From Candidatus Eiseniibacteriota bacterium (lineage in GTDB: Bacteria > Eisenbacteria > RBG-16-71-46): a stretch of 64,000 bases of DNA. Below, in pieces: positions 29,280 to 38,065 of this stretch. The translations under genes and the position numbers were made by a program. Positions within the stretch are counted from its first letter, which is position 1. The number at the start of each line of letters is the position of its first letter. The notes below the pieces were generated by a model. The model searched no databases, was not told the DNA's origin, and was given only the letters and a program-made list of their open reading frames with translations. Where the stretch lies: positions 416,001-480,000 of the forward strand of contig CAVQXP010000004.1 of assembly GCA_963717935.1 (NCBI GenBank), in the 5' to 3' direction.

Positions 29280-30908
29280 ATGCCGCGCACCCCGCACGTC
29301 GCCTATTTCTGCATGGAGTTCGGGCTGCACGAGTCCTTTCCCATCTACTCGGGGGGGCTCGGCATCCTGGCCGGCGACTTCATCAAATCGGCGGCGGACC
29401 TCAAGTTGCCGGTGATCGGCGTCGGGCTCCTGTGGGAGCACGGGTACTCGGTGCAGCGGGTCGGCCCCGACGGCCAGCCCCACGAGGAGTTCCCCCGCTA
29501 CGACTACTCCTTCCTGCGCGACACCGGCGTGCACGTGCGCGTCAACGTGCGCGGGACCGAGGTGCCCTGCAACGTCTGGGTGACCACGCGGTTCGGGCAC
29601 GTGCCCCTCTACCTGATCCAGCCCACGCGCCCCGCGGACCGCTGGATCACGCACCGGCTCTACGAGGCGGGCACCGACGTGCGCATCGCGCAGGAGATGC
29701 TGCTCGGCATCGGCGGGGCGCGCGCACTCACCTGGCTCGGGATCCCGGTGGCGATCCACCACTTCAACGAGGGCCATGCCGTGTTCGCCGGCGTCGAGAT
29801 GATCGCGTCGCGCATGGAGGGGGGGCTCACCCTCCCCGACGCCTGGGCGGCGACGCGGCGAGAGATCGTCTTCACCACCCACACCCCGGTGAAGGCGGGC
29901 AACGAGGAGCATTCGCTCCAGGATCTCCGCCGGCTGGGCGCGTGCCTGCAACTCTCCGGCGCCGAGATGCGCGCCATCGGCGGCGACCCGTTCAACATGA
30001 CGGTGGCGGGGCTGCGGCTCGCGCGCGCGGCCAACGCGGTCGCCACCCTGCACGGCGAGACGGCACGCATCATGTGGAAGCACATCACCGACGCGGCGCC
30101 CATCATCTCCGTCACGAACGGGGTGCACGTGCCCACCTGGCAATCACCGCTGGTGCGCGCGGCGGCCGACGACCCCGGACGGTTGTGGGATGCGCACGCG
30201 CTCCACCGGGGCGAGTTGCTGGCCGAGATCGAGCGGCGCAAGGGCCTGCAACTCGACCCCGACGGACTCATCATCGGTTTCGCGCGCCGGGCGGCGGGCT
30301 ACAAGCGGCCCGACCTGATCGTGCGGGACGAGAAGCGTCTCGAGGGCCTCCTGGCGCGCGGCGCGCACGTCGTGCTGGCGGGCAAGTCGCACCCCGACGA
30401 CAAGTTCGGCAAGACCCTCATCGCGCGCCTGGTCTCGGCCGAGCGCGCGCACCCGGGGCAGGTCGTCTACCTCGAGAACTACGACATGGCGCTGGGGCGG
30501 ATGCTCACGCGCGGCTGCGACGTGTGGCTCAACAACCCCATCCGCCCGCTCGAAGCGAGCGGCACCTCGGGCATGAAGGCCGCGATGAACGGCGTGCTCA
30601 ACCTGAGCATCCTCGACGGCTGGTGGCCCGAGGGCTGCGAGCACGGCGTGAACGGCTGGGCGATCGGCGACAGCAAGTCGGGCGACGACGCGAGGGACCT
30701 GGCCGCGCTCTACGCGGTGCTCGAGGGCGAGGTGTTGCCGGCCTGGGCCGACCGCGCCCGCTGGGTCGCCATGATGCAGGCCAGCATCGCGATGAGTGTG
30801 GAGAAGTTCTCCTCGGACCGCATGCTGCGCGACTACTTCGCGAAGCTCTACCCGGTGGGCGAGACCCGACCGGTCGAGATGCCCGGGGTGGCGCCCGCGA
30901 ACCGCTGA
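29280..30908 (+). CDS. glgP: Alpha-glucan phosphorylase (GT35), short form
   Basis: AYFCMEFG, YSGGLG, NEGH, TNGVH, ARR..YKR, PLP site EASGTSGMKAAMNG. Confidence 0.95.
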   Translation: MPRTPHVAYFCMEFGLHESFPIYSGGLGILAGDFIKSAADLKLPVIGVGLLWEHGYSVQRVGPDGQPHEEFPRYDYSFLRDTGVHVRVNVRGTEVPCNVWVTTRFGHVPLYLIQPTRPADRWITHRLYEAGTDVRIAQEMLLGIGGARALTWLGIPVAIHHFNEGHAVFAGVEMIASRMEGGLTLPDAWAATRREIVFTTHTPVKAGNEEHSLQDLRRLGACLQLSGAEMRAIGGDPFNMTVAGLRLARAANAVATLHGETARIMWKHITDAAPIISVTNGVHVPTWQSPLVRAAADDPGRLWDAHALHRGELLAEIERRKGLQLDPDGLIIGFARRAAGYKRPDLIVRDEKRLEGLLARGAHVVLAGKSHPDDKFGKTLIARLVSAERAHPGQVVYLENYDMALGRMLTRGCDVWLNNPIRPLEASGTSGMKAAMNGVLNLSILDGWWPEGCEHGVNGWAIGDSKSGDDARDLAALYAVLEGEVLPAWADRARWVAMMQASIAMSVEKFSSDRMLRDYFAKLYPVGETRPVEMPGVAPANR

Positions 30909-31011
30909 GACGCGGCCCCGGGACGAGGCGGCCGGCCCCGCGCGGGCGCCGGCGGGACCTCGTCCGTCTCGGGCTCAACGCGGCAGCCTGCCGGAGATGC
31001 CGGGCGAGACC

Positions 31012-31545
31012 CTACCCGTCCTGTCCCGGGGGGGCCTGGTTCTCCGGCCCGGGCTCCGGCGCGGCCTCCTCCGCCAGCACCGGCAGCCGAGTGAGCGTGG
31101 CGATGTAGTCGTCGGGCAGCTTGTGCGCACGCGCGCCCTTCAGCACCGCATCCATGTAACGACGCGTGGGCGGCGAGGGATTGGCGGTGTGCGCGAGGTA
31201 GGCCATCGCCTTCACGCGGCGCGGCACCGAGCCATCCTCGGGGTGCGTCAACTCGACCCAGACGGGCTCGCGCTCGTAGAGGTTGTGCGCGTCGCCGGGA
31301 CCGCGGAAGCCCTCGCAGCCGTCCAGCGCGCGCAGGTCCTCGTCGCCCAGCTCGTACAACATGCCCCAGACATCCTTGCCGTGCGACAGTTGCAGACTGG
31401 CCACGCCGCCACCCCAGGTCGTCGAGAAGATCGGGAAGATCAGCTTGTGATCGCGCAGCACCGCCATCCCGACCACCTTGTGCGCCGGGCAGCGGGCCTG
31501 CATCTGGTCTGGGTCCAGGTTCGACCCGAACGCGAAATAGAGCAT
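31012..31545 (-). CDS. Gamma-glutamylcyclotransferase family protein
   Basis: MLYFAFGSNL, VWGMLY, LDGCEG, Y..AVLKGA...LPDDY. Confidence 0.88.
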   Translation of the reverse strand: MLYFAFGSNLDPDQMQARCPAHKVVGMAVLRDHKLIFPIFSTTWGGGVASLQLSHGKDVWGMLYELGDEDLRALDGCEGFRGPGDAHNLYEREPVWVELTHPEDGSVPRRVKAMAYLAHTANPSPPTRRYMDAVLKGARAHKLPDDYIATLTRLPVLAEEAAPEPGPENQAPPGQDG

Positions 31546-31697
31546 CTGGCCTCCCAAATCTCGAGCCCGGGTCGAAAGACCCCCGGGCGCGTGTCCGGTC
31601 CAGCATAGTGCATGGGCGGCCGCAGCGACATCGGATTGTTGAGCAGGCTGACGGCTCTCGCCGGGCAGCGGAGGGCACACCGGCCACCGCGCCGCGC

Positions 31698-31861
31698 GGC
31701 GGGCCGGCGGGAGGCAGGTGGAACGCCGGAAGGCGACGCCCGCACCCGGCGGAGACAGGATGTCGGAGCCGGATCAGCGCGGAGGAGCGAGGGAGCGCCA
31801 TGGATTGGCGCGACCGAGCGCTCGCCCGGAGCGCGTTCCGCCTACCTCCCACCGGCCCGCC
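31698..31861. repeat. 29-bp imperfect inverted repeat enclosing 106 bp in a divergent intergenic region
   Basis: 31698-31726 GGCGGGCCGGCGGGAGGCAGGTGGAACGC versus the reverse complement of 31833-31861 GGCGGGCCGGTGGGAGGTAGGCGGAACGC (3 mismatches). Confidence 0.75.
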
Positions 31862-31981
31862 CCCCAAGCCGGGTTTGTCGCGCCCCCGGGCGGTGTCTAT
31901 CATCCAGCCCCTCGGCGGCCCCACGTCCCGCGCCCCCCGGCACGGGAGCCGGCCCCGACCCCGACCCCGGAGAGAGACGCC

Positions 31982-32710
31982 ATGGCAGTGGACTTCCTCG
32001 CTTTCGGCCCCCACCCCGACGACGGCGAGATCGGCTGCGGGGCAGTGCTGCGCAAGATGAAGGCGCTCGGGCACACGACCGGCATCGTGGACATGACGAC
32101 CGGCGACATGGGCTGGGGCACGGTCGAGGAGCGGTTGGCCGAGTGCGACGCGGCGGCGAAGATCCTGCAGTTGGACGTGCGCGAGAACCTGGACCTGGGC
32201 GACAACCGCATCGAGGACACCTTCGAGAACCGTTGCGCGGTGGCGGCGAAGATCCGCAAGCACCGTCCGCAGGTCGTCTTCGCGCCCTACTACAACCTGC
32301 CCATCGGGCGCGGACTGGGGCACAACGACCACTACAAGACCGGGCAGATCGTGGCGAACGCCTACAACCTCGCGCATCTTCGCAAGGCACCGGTCGAGGG
32401 CGAGCCGCACCAGGCGAAGGCCATCTACTTCTACTTCCTGCCACCCGGCACACCACCCACGTTCATCGTGGACGTGAGCGATCACCACGAGGACTGGATC
32501 AAGGCGCTCGAGTGCCACACGAGCCAGTTCGCGAACCCCGGCCGGCCGCGCCCGGTCGCGCTGCCGGCGCCGACCGACGCGTTCATCGCGTTCGCGCGCT
32601 ACTGGGGCTGGCAGATCGGCGTGCGCTACGGGCAGGCGTTCCTCTCGATCGCGCCGCTGCGCGTCGGCGACCCGCTCACGCTCGTGAAGGACGTGGTCCC
32701 GCGACCGTGA
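31982..32710 (+). CDS. PIG-L/LmbE family deacetylase (BshB1-like)
   Basis: HPDDGE motif, HNDH, FIVDVSD, ALECHTSQF. Confidence 0.88.
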   Translation: MAVDFLAFGPHPDDGEIGCGAVLRKMKALGHTTGIVDMTTGDMGWGTVEERLAECDAAAKILQLDVRENLDLGDNRIEDTFENRCAVAAKIRKHRPQVVFAPYYNLPIGRGLGHNDHYKTGQIVANAYNLAHLRKAPVEGEPHQAKAIYFYFLPPGTPPTFIVDVSDHHEDWIKALECHTSQFANPGRPRPVALPAPTDAFIAFARYWGWQIGVRYGQAFLSIAPLRVGDPLTLVKDVVPRP

Positions 32711-33543
32711 CGCCGCGGGCCGCAGGCTCTTCCCCCGCCGCGTCCGCCCGGCGCTTCGGCCCGGCGACCCTCGTCACGCTGCTGCTCGCGGCCGTGCCCG
32801 GCATCGCCGGCTCCGCGGAGGCCCGGGCGACACCGGCGGACACGCGCGTCGCCCGGCTCGCGGACGAGTATCGCGACGGACTCCTCGCGGACCGGCCCGA
32901 CCTGGCCTCGCGTCTCGGCGACCACCGCGGCGACGACCGGCTCGAACCGGTCACGCAGGTCACGCTCGCGCGGGGGGCCGCGCGGCTGCGCTCGCTCGCC
33001 GCGCGGCTCGACTCGATCCCCCGCGCCTCGCTCGCGCCGGTCGCCGCACTCGAGCGCGACGCGCTCGCGGCGCGGATCGCCGCCGCGCGGCACGAACTGG
33101 AGGTGACGCGCCGCTGGGAGCGCGACCCGGCCGCCTACGTCGACCTCGCGGGCGACGCCATCGCGGCGCTCATGAAGCGCGGCGCGGGTCCGACCTGCGC
33201 CCGCACCCGCGCGATGGCGCGGCGGCTCGCGCGCGTGCCCGACGTGCTGCGCGCGGCCCGCATCAACCTGCGCGAGCCGCCGCGCGCGCTCATCGAGGCC
33301 GCTTTGCCGGACTACGAGCGCCTGCTGCGCTTCTACCGCGGGGGGCTCTCCGCGTTCGGCGCGCGCTGCCGCGAGCCGCGCACGCAGGCGGACCTCGCTC
33401 AGGCCGACTCCACGGCGGTGCGGGCGGTCGAGGATTTCCTCGATTACCTGCGCGTGGACCTGCTGCCGCGCGCCACCGGCGCGGAGCGCGGGCCGGGCAT
33501 CCTGCCCGATTCGGCCCGCGGAGCACCCGCGCAAGCCCCGTGA
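32707..33543 (+). CDS. DUF885-like protein, N-terminal half only
   Basis: GTGA overlap; signal peptide; PDLASRLGDHRGDDRL, RRWERDPAAY, RLARVP.VL.AAR.NL. Stops before the expected C-terminal HE..PGH region. Confidence 0.65.
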   Translation: MTPRAAGSSPAASARRFGPATLVTLLLAAVPGIAGSAEARATPADTRVARLADEYRDGLLADRPDLASRLGDHRGDDRLEPVTQVTLARGAARLRSLAARLDSIPRASLAPVAALERDALAARIAAARHELEVTRRWERDPAAYVDLAGDAIAALMKRGAGPTCARTRAMARRLARVPDVLRAARINLREPPRALIEAALPDYERLLRFYRGGLSAFGARCREPRTQADLAQADSTAVRAVEDFLDYLRVDLLPRATGAERGPGILPDSARGAPAQAP

Positions 33544-33674
33544 GCACGACGCGGCCCGTCGCGTCCGCCCTCTTCGTTGACGCTCCCGCTGCATCGCGGC
33601 TAAAGTGCCGTGGCCACACGACCCGATACCATGGATGGTCTGGGCCCGGCGCCCTCGGCGCATCAGGAGGTTCC

Positions 33675-34673
33675 ATGCTGTTGCGCGCCTTGCGCGCCTG
33701 GGGAGCGTTGTTCCTCGTCGCACTGGTGGCCTGGCCGGCCATGACGGCCGACGCCGCCACCCCGGCTTCCGTGGACGCGGCGAAGAAGACCCCGGCGAAA
33801 CGAACCGTCGTCACGGGCACGAAGAAGCCGGTCGGCGCGAAGCAGGCGGTCGCCACGCGCCGCTCCAAGAGCCGGCGCCGCCGTGCCCCGGCCCCGCCAC
33901 GGGGCGGCGTCTACGCCCGCAACGCCGTGGTCATCGATCCCGCGACGGACGAGGTGCTGTTCGAGAAACAGTCGCTGCAGACCGTGCCCATCGCCAGCCT
34001 CACCAAGCTGATGAGCGCGATGGTCTTCCTCGAGCAGAAGCCGGACCTGAGGCGCATGGTCGACGTGACGCGCGAAGAGATCCGTGGCGGCGGCCACACG
34101 CGGCTGTGGAACAGGGAACGCGTGGCCCTCTACGACCTGCTCCACATGAGCCTGATGAGCTCCGACAACGTGGCCACGCGGGTGCTGGCGCGCGAATCCG
34201 GGCTGCCGCCGGGGGAGTTCGTCCCGCGGATGAACGAGAAGGCGCGCGCGATGGGCCTGACGAACACGCACTTCGCCGAGCCGACCGGGCTCGACGAGCG
34301 CAACGTCTCGACCGCGGTGGACGTCGCGCGGCTGCTGCGGGCCGCGGCGGACCACTACCTGATCCGCGAGATCACGACCACGCCGGACTACGTGCTGGTG
34401 GGCGAGTACCCCGGGCGCAGGCGCACCATCGCGCGTTCCCACCAGATCGTGAACACCAACCGGCTGCTGCGCAACAACCGTTACGAGTTCTCGTGCAGCA
34501 AGACCGGTTTCATCAGCCAGTCCGGCTACTGCCTGGCGACCTGGGTGCGCGATCGCGGCCGTGACCTGATCACGGTGGTGCTGGGCGCGCCGACGAATGC
34601 CACGCGCTTCGCCGACGTCGTGCGCCTGGTCCAGCGGACGCAGACTCCGAGCCTCGAGCAGGTCCAGCCCTAG
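33675..34673 (+). CDS. D-alanyl-D-alanine carboxy/endopeptidase (S11, PBP7/PbpG-like)
   Basis: AGGAGG RBS; SxxK (ASLTK), SxN (SSDN), KTG; FAEPTGL. Confidence 0.92.
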   Translation: MLLRALRAWGALFLVALVAWPAMTADAATPASVDAAKKTPAKRTVVTGTKKPVGAKQAVATRRSKSRRRRAPAPPRGGVYARNAVVIDPATDEVLFEKQSLQTVPIASLTKLMSAMVFLEQKPDLRRMVDVTREEIRGGGHTRLWNRERVALYDLLHMSLMSSDNVATRVLARESGLPPGEFVPRMNEKARAMGLTNTHFAEPTGLDERNVSTAVDVARLLRAAADHYLIREITTTPDYVLVGEYPGRRRTIARSHQIVNTNRLLRNNRYEFSCSKTGFISQSGYCLATWVRDRGRDLITVVLGAPTNATRFADVVRLVQRTQTPSLEQVQP

Positions 34674-34685
34674 CCCGGACCGTCG

Positions 34686-35489
34686 ATGACCCGCTGCCGC
34701 GATCCCGTCACCGCCCTGCTGGTCGGGGTCGCGGCGGGGCTCGCGGGCGGACTCTTCGGTGTCGGCGGTGGGATCGTGCTCGTGCCGCTGCTCACCGGCG
34801 TGCTCTGCCTGAGCCAGCACCAGGCGCACGGCACCTCGCTCGCCGCCATCGGTGCCACCGCGCTCGCCTCGCTCTTCGTCTACGGCACTCACGGCAACGT
34901 GGCCTGGGGCACGGCGGCGCTGGTGGGCGGGGCCAGCATGCTCACGGCGCGCTACGGCGCGCGCCTGGCCGCCCGCGCCTCGACGCGCGATCTCAGGCGG
35001 GCGTTCGCGATCTTCCTCGTGCTCGTGGCGCTGCGCCTGCTGTGGAGGGCGCCCGCGGCCACGGGCTCACCGTTCCACGGCCTGCCGCTGGCCGTGGGCT
35101 TCGACCTGCTGCTGGGCGCGGCGGTCGGGGTGCTGGCCGGGTTCATGGGCGTGGGCGGCGGCATCCTCGCGGTGCCCGCCTTCGCGCTGGTGCTCGGGAT
35201 GTCCCAGCCGGCGGCGCAGGGCACCTCGCTCGCCGTGATCCTGCTCACCGCCCCGGCGGGCGCGTTCGAGCATCACCGTCACGGGAACGTGGCCCTGCGG
35301 ATCGTGCCCTGGCTCGCGCTGGGCGCCGCGGCGGGGGGCCCGGCCGGTTCGTGGCTGGCGCAGTGGCTGCCGCAGGCGGTTCTGGCCCGCGCGTTTGCGG
35401 TGTTCCTGCTCGCGAACGTCGTGCAGCTGTGGCTGCGGCCCGGTTCGGGCGGAAGGACCCAGCCGGGCCGCGAAGGGACCGCGAGCTGA
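34686..35489 (+). CDS. TauE/SafE family membrane transporter
   Basis: Two repeats of G..GVGGG...VP and A.GTSLA. Confidence 0.9.
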   Translation: MTRCRDPVTALLVGVAAGLAGGLFGVGGGIVLVPLLTGVLCLSQHQAHGTSLAAIGATALASLFVYGTHGNVAWGTAALVGGASMLTARYGARLAARASTRDLRRAFAIFLVLVALRLLWRAPAATGSPFHGLPLAVGFDLLLGAAVGVLAGFMGVGGGILAVPAFALVLGMSQPAAQGTSLAVILLTAPAGAFEHHRHGNVALRIVPWLALGAAAGGPAGSWLAQWLPQAVLARAFAVFLLANVVQLWLRPGSGGRTQPGREGTAS

Positions 35490-35568
35490 GCCCTGACGCC
35501 TTTGCGAGACACCCCGGCCTTCCGGGGCTCGGAGCCGTTCCCCGCGGCTTCTTGTGGTTCTTTATGGA

Positions 35569-35597
35569 TTGAACATCGCACGGCGATTGTCTATGAT
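35569..35597 (+). promoter_or_regulatory. sigma70 promoter, cassette A
   Basis: TTGAAC-N17-TATGAT. The -35 box is identical and the -10 box differs by one base in copy B, while the spacer has diverged. Confidence 0.7.
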
Positions 35598-35621
35598 TCT
35601 TCCGGTTTAAGTGAATTGCGC

Positions 35622-35757
35622 GTTGCCAGAGAGCAGCGCCATCGGGGTCGCCCGTCCTCGACACGGGCACGAGTCCACCGTGGGAACCGCAACCAGAGTC
35701 CATCCCCCAGGCAAGTCGGGACAAGGGTCAGGGGTCCACACGACATCACAGTCCGCG
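35622..35757 (+). ncRNA. Conserved 5' leader element, copy A (unknown class)
   Basis: 78 of 81 nt identical to copy B over 35622-35702; hairpins GTTGC/GCAGC and GCCCGT/ACGGGC; four GTCCAC-like motifs. Confidence 0.5.
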
Positions 35758-35779
35758 CACTTCTCAAGGAGACCCCTCA

Positions 35780-36705
35780 ATGCGCAAGACTGCTATCACG
35801 CTCCTCGCATCCGGACTCATGGTGACGCTCCTCGTCGTGGTCGTGCCGGCGCTGGCCGGCCTCGGCGGGCACGATGAGACCATGGAGACCTACGCCACCG
35901 GCTGGAACGCCGCGACCGGTTCCGTCGCAACACCCGGTACCGTGTGCGCCGGGATCACGGGCACGCACCTGCTCATGACCGAGGTGGGCTGGCGTGGGCT
36001 GAACAGCAAGGCCCTGGCCGATTCGGTCGAGTTCATCGAGATCTACAACCCGACCACGGAGCCCATCGACCTCACGAACTACTACGTGTCGGACGTCAAC
36101 GGCTACTCCGCGTTGCCCGTGGCCGGGACGATCGACCTCGCCGGCACCTCGACGGACTTCGGGATGAGGTTCCCGAGCGGGGCGACGATCGGACCGGGCG
36201 CCGTCAAGGTGATCGCGATCGACGGTGGCCGCTGGAAGCGCGGCGTCGGCACCGACGCCGACTTCATGTTGTTCAACGCCGGCGGCGGCGCGACCACGGC
36301 CCTCCCGATGGTGGACGTCCACGTCAACGGCGGGACGACCTATCCGACCTACGGCGAATTGCTCAACACCGGCGAGTTCGTGTGGCTGTTCTCCTGGAAC
36401 GGCCTCGACGACCTGGTCTGTGACGTCGACCTGGTGGCCTGGGGGTCGCAGCCGGGCGACAACTGCCCGTTGAAGAAGACCGCGGCCACGTGCCAGGACG
36501 GGCCGGATGCGGACGTCACTGCCAGCTGCTACAGGGGGATCTTGGCCCCATCGTGACCCTCGCGACGCCCAGCAGCGGCTCTGGCACCCGCCAGCGCACC
36601 GGCCCCGAGGCCGGGGAGACGGCGACGGGCGGCAACGGCTGCCTCGACATCGCGGTCTCCGCGATCCACAGCACGTGGGGCAGCGTGAAGGCCATCTACC
36701 GGTAG
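35780..36705 (+). CDS. Secreted lamin-tail-domain protein with C-terminal STWGSVKAIYR tail; one frameshift near 36533-36538
   Basis: Signal peptide; LTD motif LLMTEV..EFIEIYNPTTEPIDLTNYYVSD. The first frame stops at 36556; another frame continues GDLGPIV...STWGSVKAIYR* to 36705. Confidence 0.8.
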
Positions 36706-36742
36706 GCCCCCCGCGCGGGTGACCGCGACGGGAGCACCTCAA

Positions 36743-36774
36743 ACGAAGGCCCGGCGGCGCCGCCGGGCCTTCGT
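36743..36774 (+). terminator. Terminator-like hairpin, cassette A
   Basis: 14-bp stem ACGAAGGCCCGGCG/CGCCGGGCCTTCGT with loop GCGC. Confidence 0.75.
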
Positions 36775-37021
36775 GCTGGCGTGCGGGCGGGTCCCGGCCG
36801 CCGCCCGGCCGGCGCGGCGGCTTCCGCAAGTGGTTCCGGGCCCGCGTAGTTGCGGCATCCCCGCCCGCGAACGTCATGCGATTGTGGACACGGTCGGCCC
36901 CGGGCGGAAAGACCCAGCCGGACCGTGAGGAAACGGCGAGCTGAGCCTTGACGTCGCGCGAAACGCCACGGCTTTCGGGGGTTCCGGGCCGTCGTTCGCC
37001 GGTCTTTCCGCGGCTTTGGGC

Positions 37022-37050
37022 TTGAACATCACGCGAGGATTCCCTATGCT
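37022..37050 (+). promoter_or_regulatory. sigma70 promoter, cassette B
   Basis: TTGAAC-N17-TATGCT. Confidence 0.7.
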
Positions 37051-37074
37051 TATCGCGGTTCAAATGAATTAAGG

Positions 37075-37209
37075 GTTGCCAGAGAGCAACGCCATCGGGG
37101 CCGCCCGTCCTCGACACGGGCACGAGTCCACCGTGGGAACCGCAGCCAGAGTCCACCCTCCAGGCGGATCGGGACGAAGGTCAGGGTCCACACGACACCA
37201 TGGTCCACG
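37075..37209 (+). ncRNA. Conserved 5' leader element, copy B
   Basis: Near-identical to copy A; GTCCAC at 37126, 37151, 37186 and 37203. Confidence 0.5.
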
Positions 37210-37230
37210 CACCACAGGGAGACCCCCGAC

Positions 37231-37998
37231 ATGCGTAAGATTGTTATCACTCTCGTCGCACTCAGCCTCGTCGCGGCCACGTCGGCGTTCGCCGCCACGC
37301 TCCTGAGCGAAAGCTTCAGCTACCCCGACGGGGGCCTCGTCCCGAACGGTGGCTGGGCGGTCTACAGCGGCACCACCACCGACATCCAGGTCGTCAGCGG
37401 CCGCGCCAACGGCTGGGGCCCGAATGCGATCGACGACCACGTGGCGTTCACGCCCCAGACGAACACGGTCTCGACCTACGCCTGCTTCGAAGTGAGCATC
37501 CCGGCCGTCGTGGGCGCGCCCAAGCCCATCTACTTCGCGGGGCTGAAGGATGCCGGCACTTCGCTCATGGTCGCGCGCGTCTACGTGCTGCCGATCGGCG
37601 AGGGCTGGACGTTCGGAATCTCGACGACCAGCACCAGCACGGCGTTCGGCGTGACGCCGTGGACGTCGACGCTTTCCTACGATACGCCCTACAACCTCGC
37701 CATCAAGTACGACGCGGTGGCGCAGTCCGCGACGCTTTGGGTGAATCCGGTGTCGGAGGCCAGCCCGAGCGTCACGGATGTGAACACGTACTACTCGTCG
37801 ATCGCGGTTTCCACGTTCTTCCTCCGCCAGAGCGCCTCGGCCGCCACGTTCCCCGCCCCGGGTTACCCGGGAACGGTTGACTGGGGTTTCTCGGTGGACA
37901 ACGTCGGTGTCGGCACGACGTTCGACGAAGCCTGTGTCGCCGGACCGACCCCGACCAACGCGAGCACCTGGGGCAAGCTGAAGTCCCTGTACCGGTAA
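37231..37998 (+). CDS. Secreted beta-rich protein with C-terminal STWGKLKSLYR tail
   Basis: Signal peptide MRKIVITLVALSLVAATSAFA; mature N-terminus ATLLSESFSYPDG; ends PTPTNASTWGKLKSLYR. Confidence 0.85.
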   Translation: MRKIVITLVALSLVAATSAFAATLLSESFSYPDGGLVPNGGWAVYSGTTTDIQVVSGRANGWGPNAIDDHVAFTPQTNTVSTYACFEVSIPAVVGAPKPIYFAGLKDAGTSLMVARVYVLPIGEGWTFGISTTSTSTAFGVTPWTSTLSYDTPYNLAIKYDAVAQSATLWVNPVSEASPSVTDVNTYYSSIAVSTFFLRQSASAATFPAPGYPGTVDWGFSVDNVGVGTTFDEACVAGPTPTNASTWGKLKSLYR

Positions 37999-38033
37999 CC
38001 CGTCCGCGGGTGACCGCCCGAGTACCGCATCCA

Positions 38034-38065
38034 ACGAAGGCCCGGCGGAAACGCCGGGCCTTCGT
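38034..38065 (+). terminator. Terminator-like hairpin, cassette B
   Basis: The same 14-bp stem as 36743-36774 with a GAAA tetraloop. Confidence 0.75.

Larger units (their letters stand above)
35314..35809 (+). repeat. Direct repeat copy A (tauE 3' end, promoter, leader, first about 10 codons)
   Basis: Aligns with 36771-37260 at an offset of about 1454 nt. Confidence 0.9.
36771..37260 (+). repeat. Direct repeat copy B (decayed tauE 3' remnant, promoter, leader, first codons)
   Basis: For example CGGGCGGAAAGACCCAGCCGGACCGTGAGGAAACGGCGAGCTGAGCC versus CGGGCGGAAGGACCCAGCCGGGCCGCGAAGGGACCGCGAGCTGAGCC at the tauE end. Confidence 0.9.

Noticed and set aside
35622..35757. Known riboswitch (cobalamin, c-di-AMP, c-di-GMP, glycine, TPP)
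   Set aside because: The hallmark consensus segments were not found by eye. It stays unassigned pending an Rfam scan.
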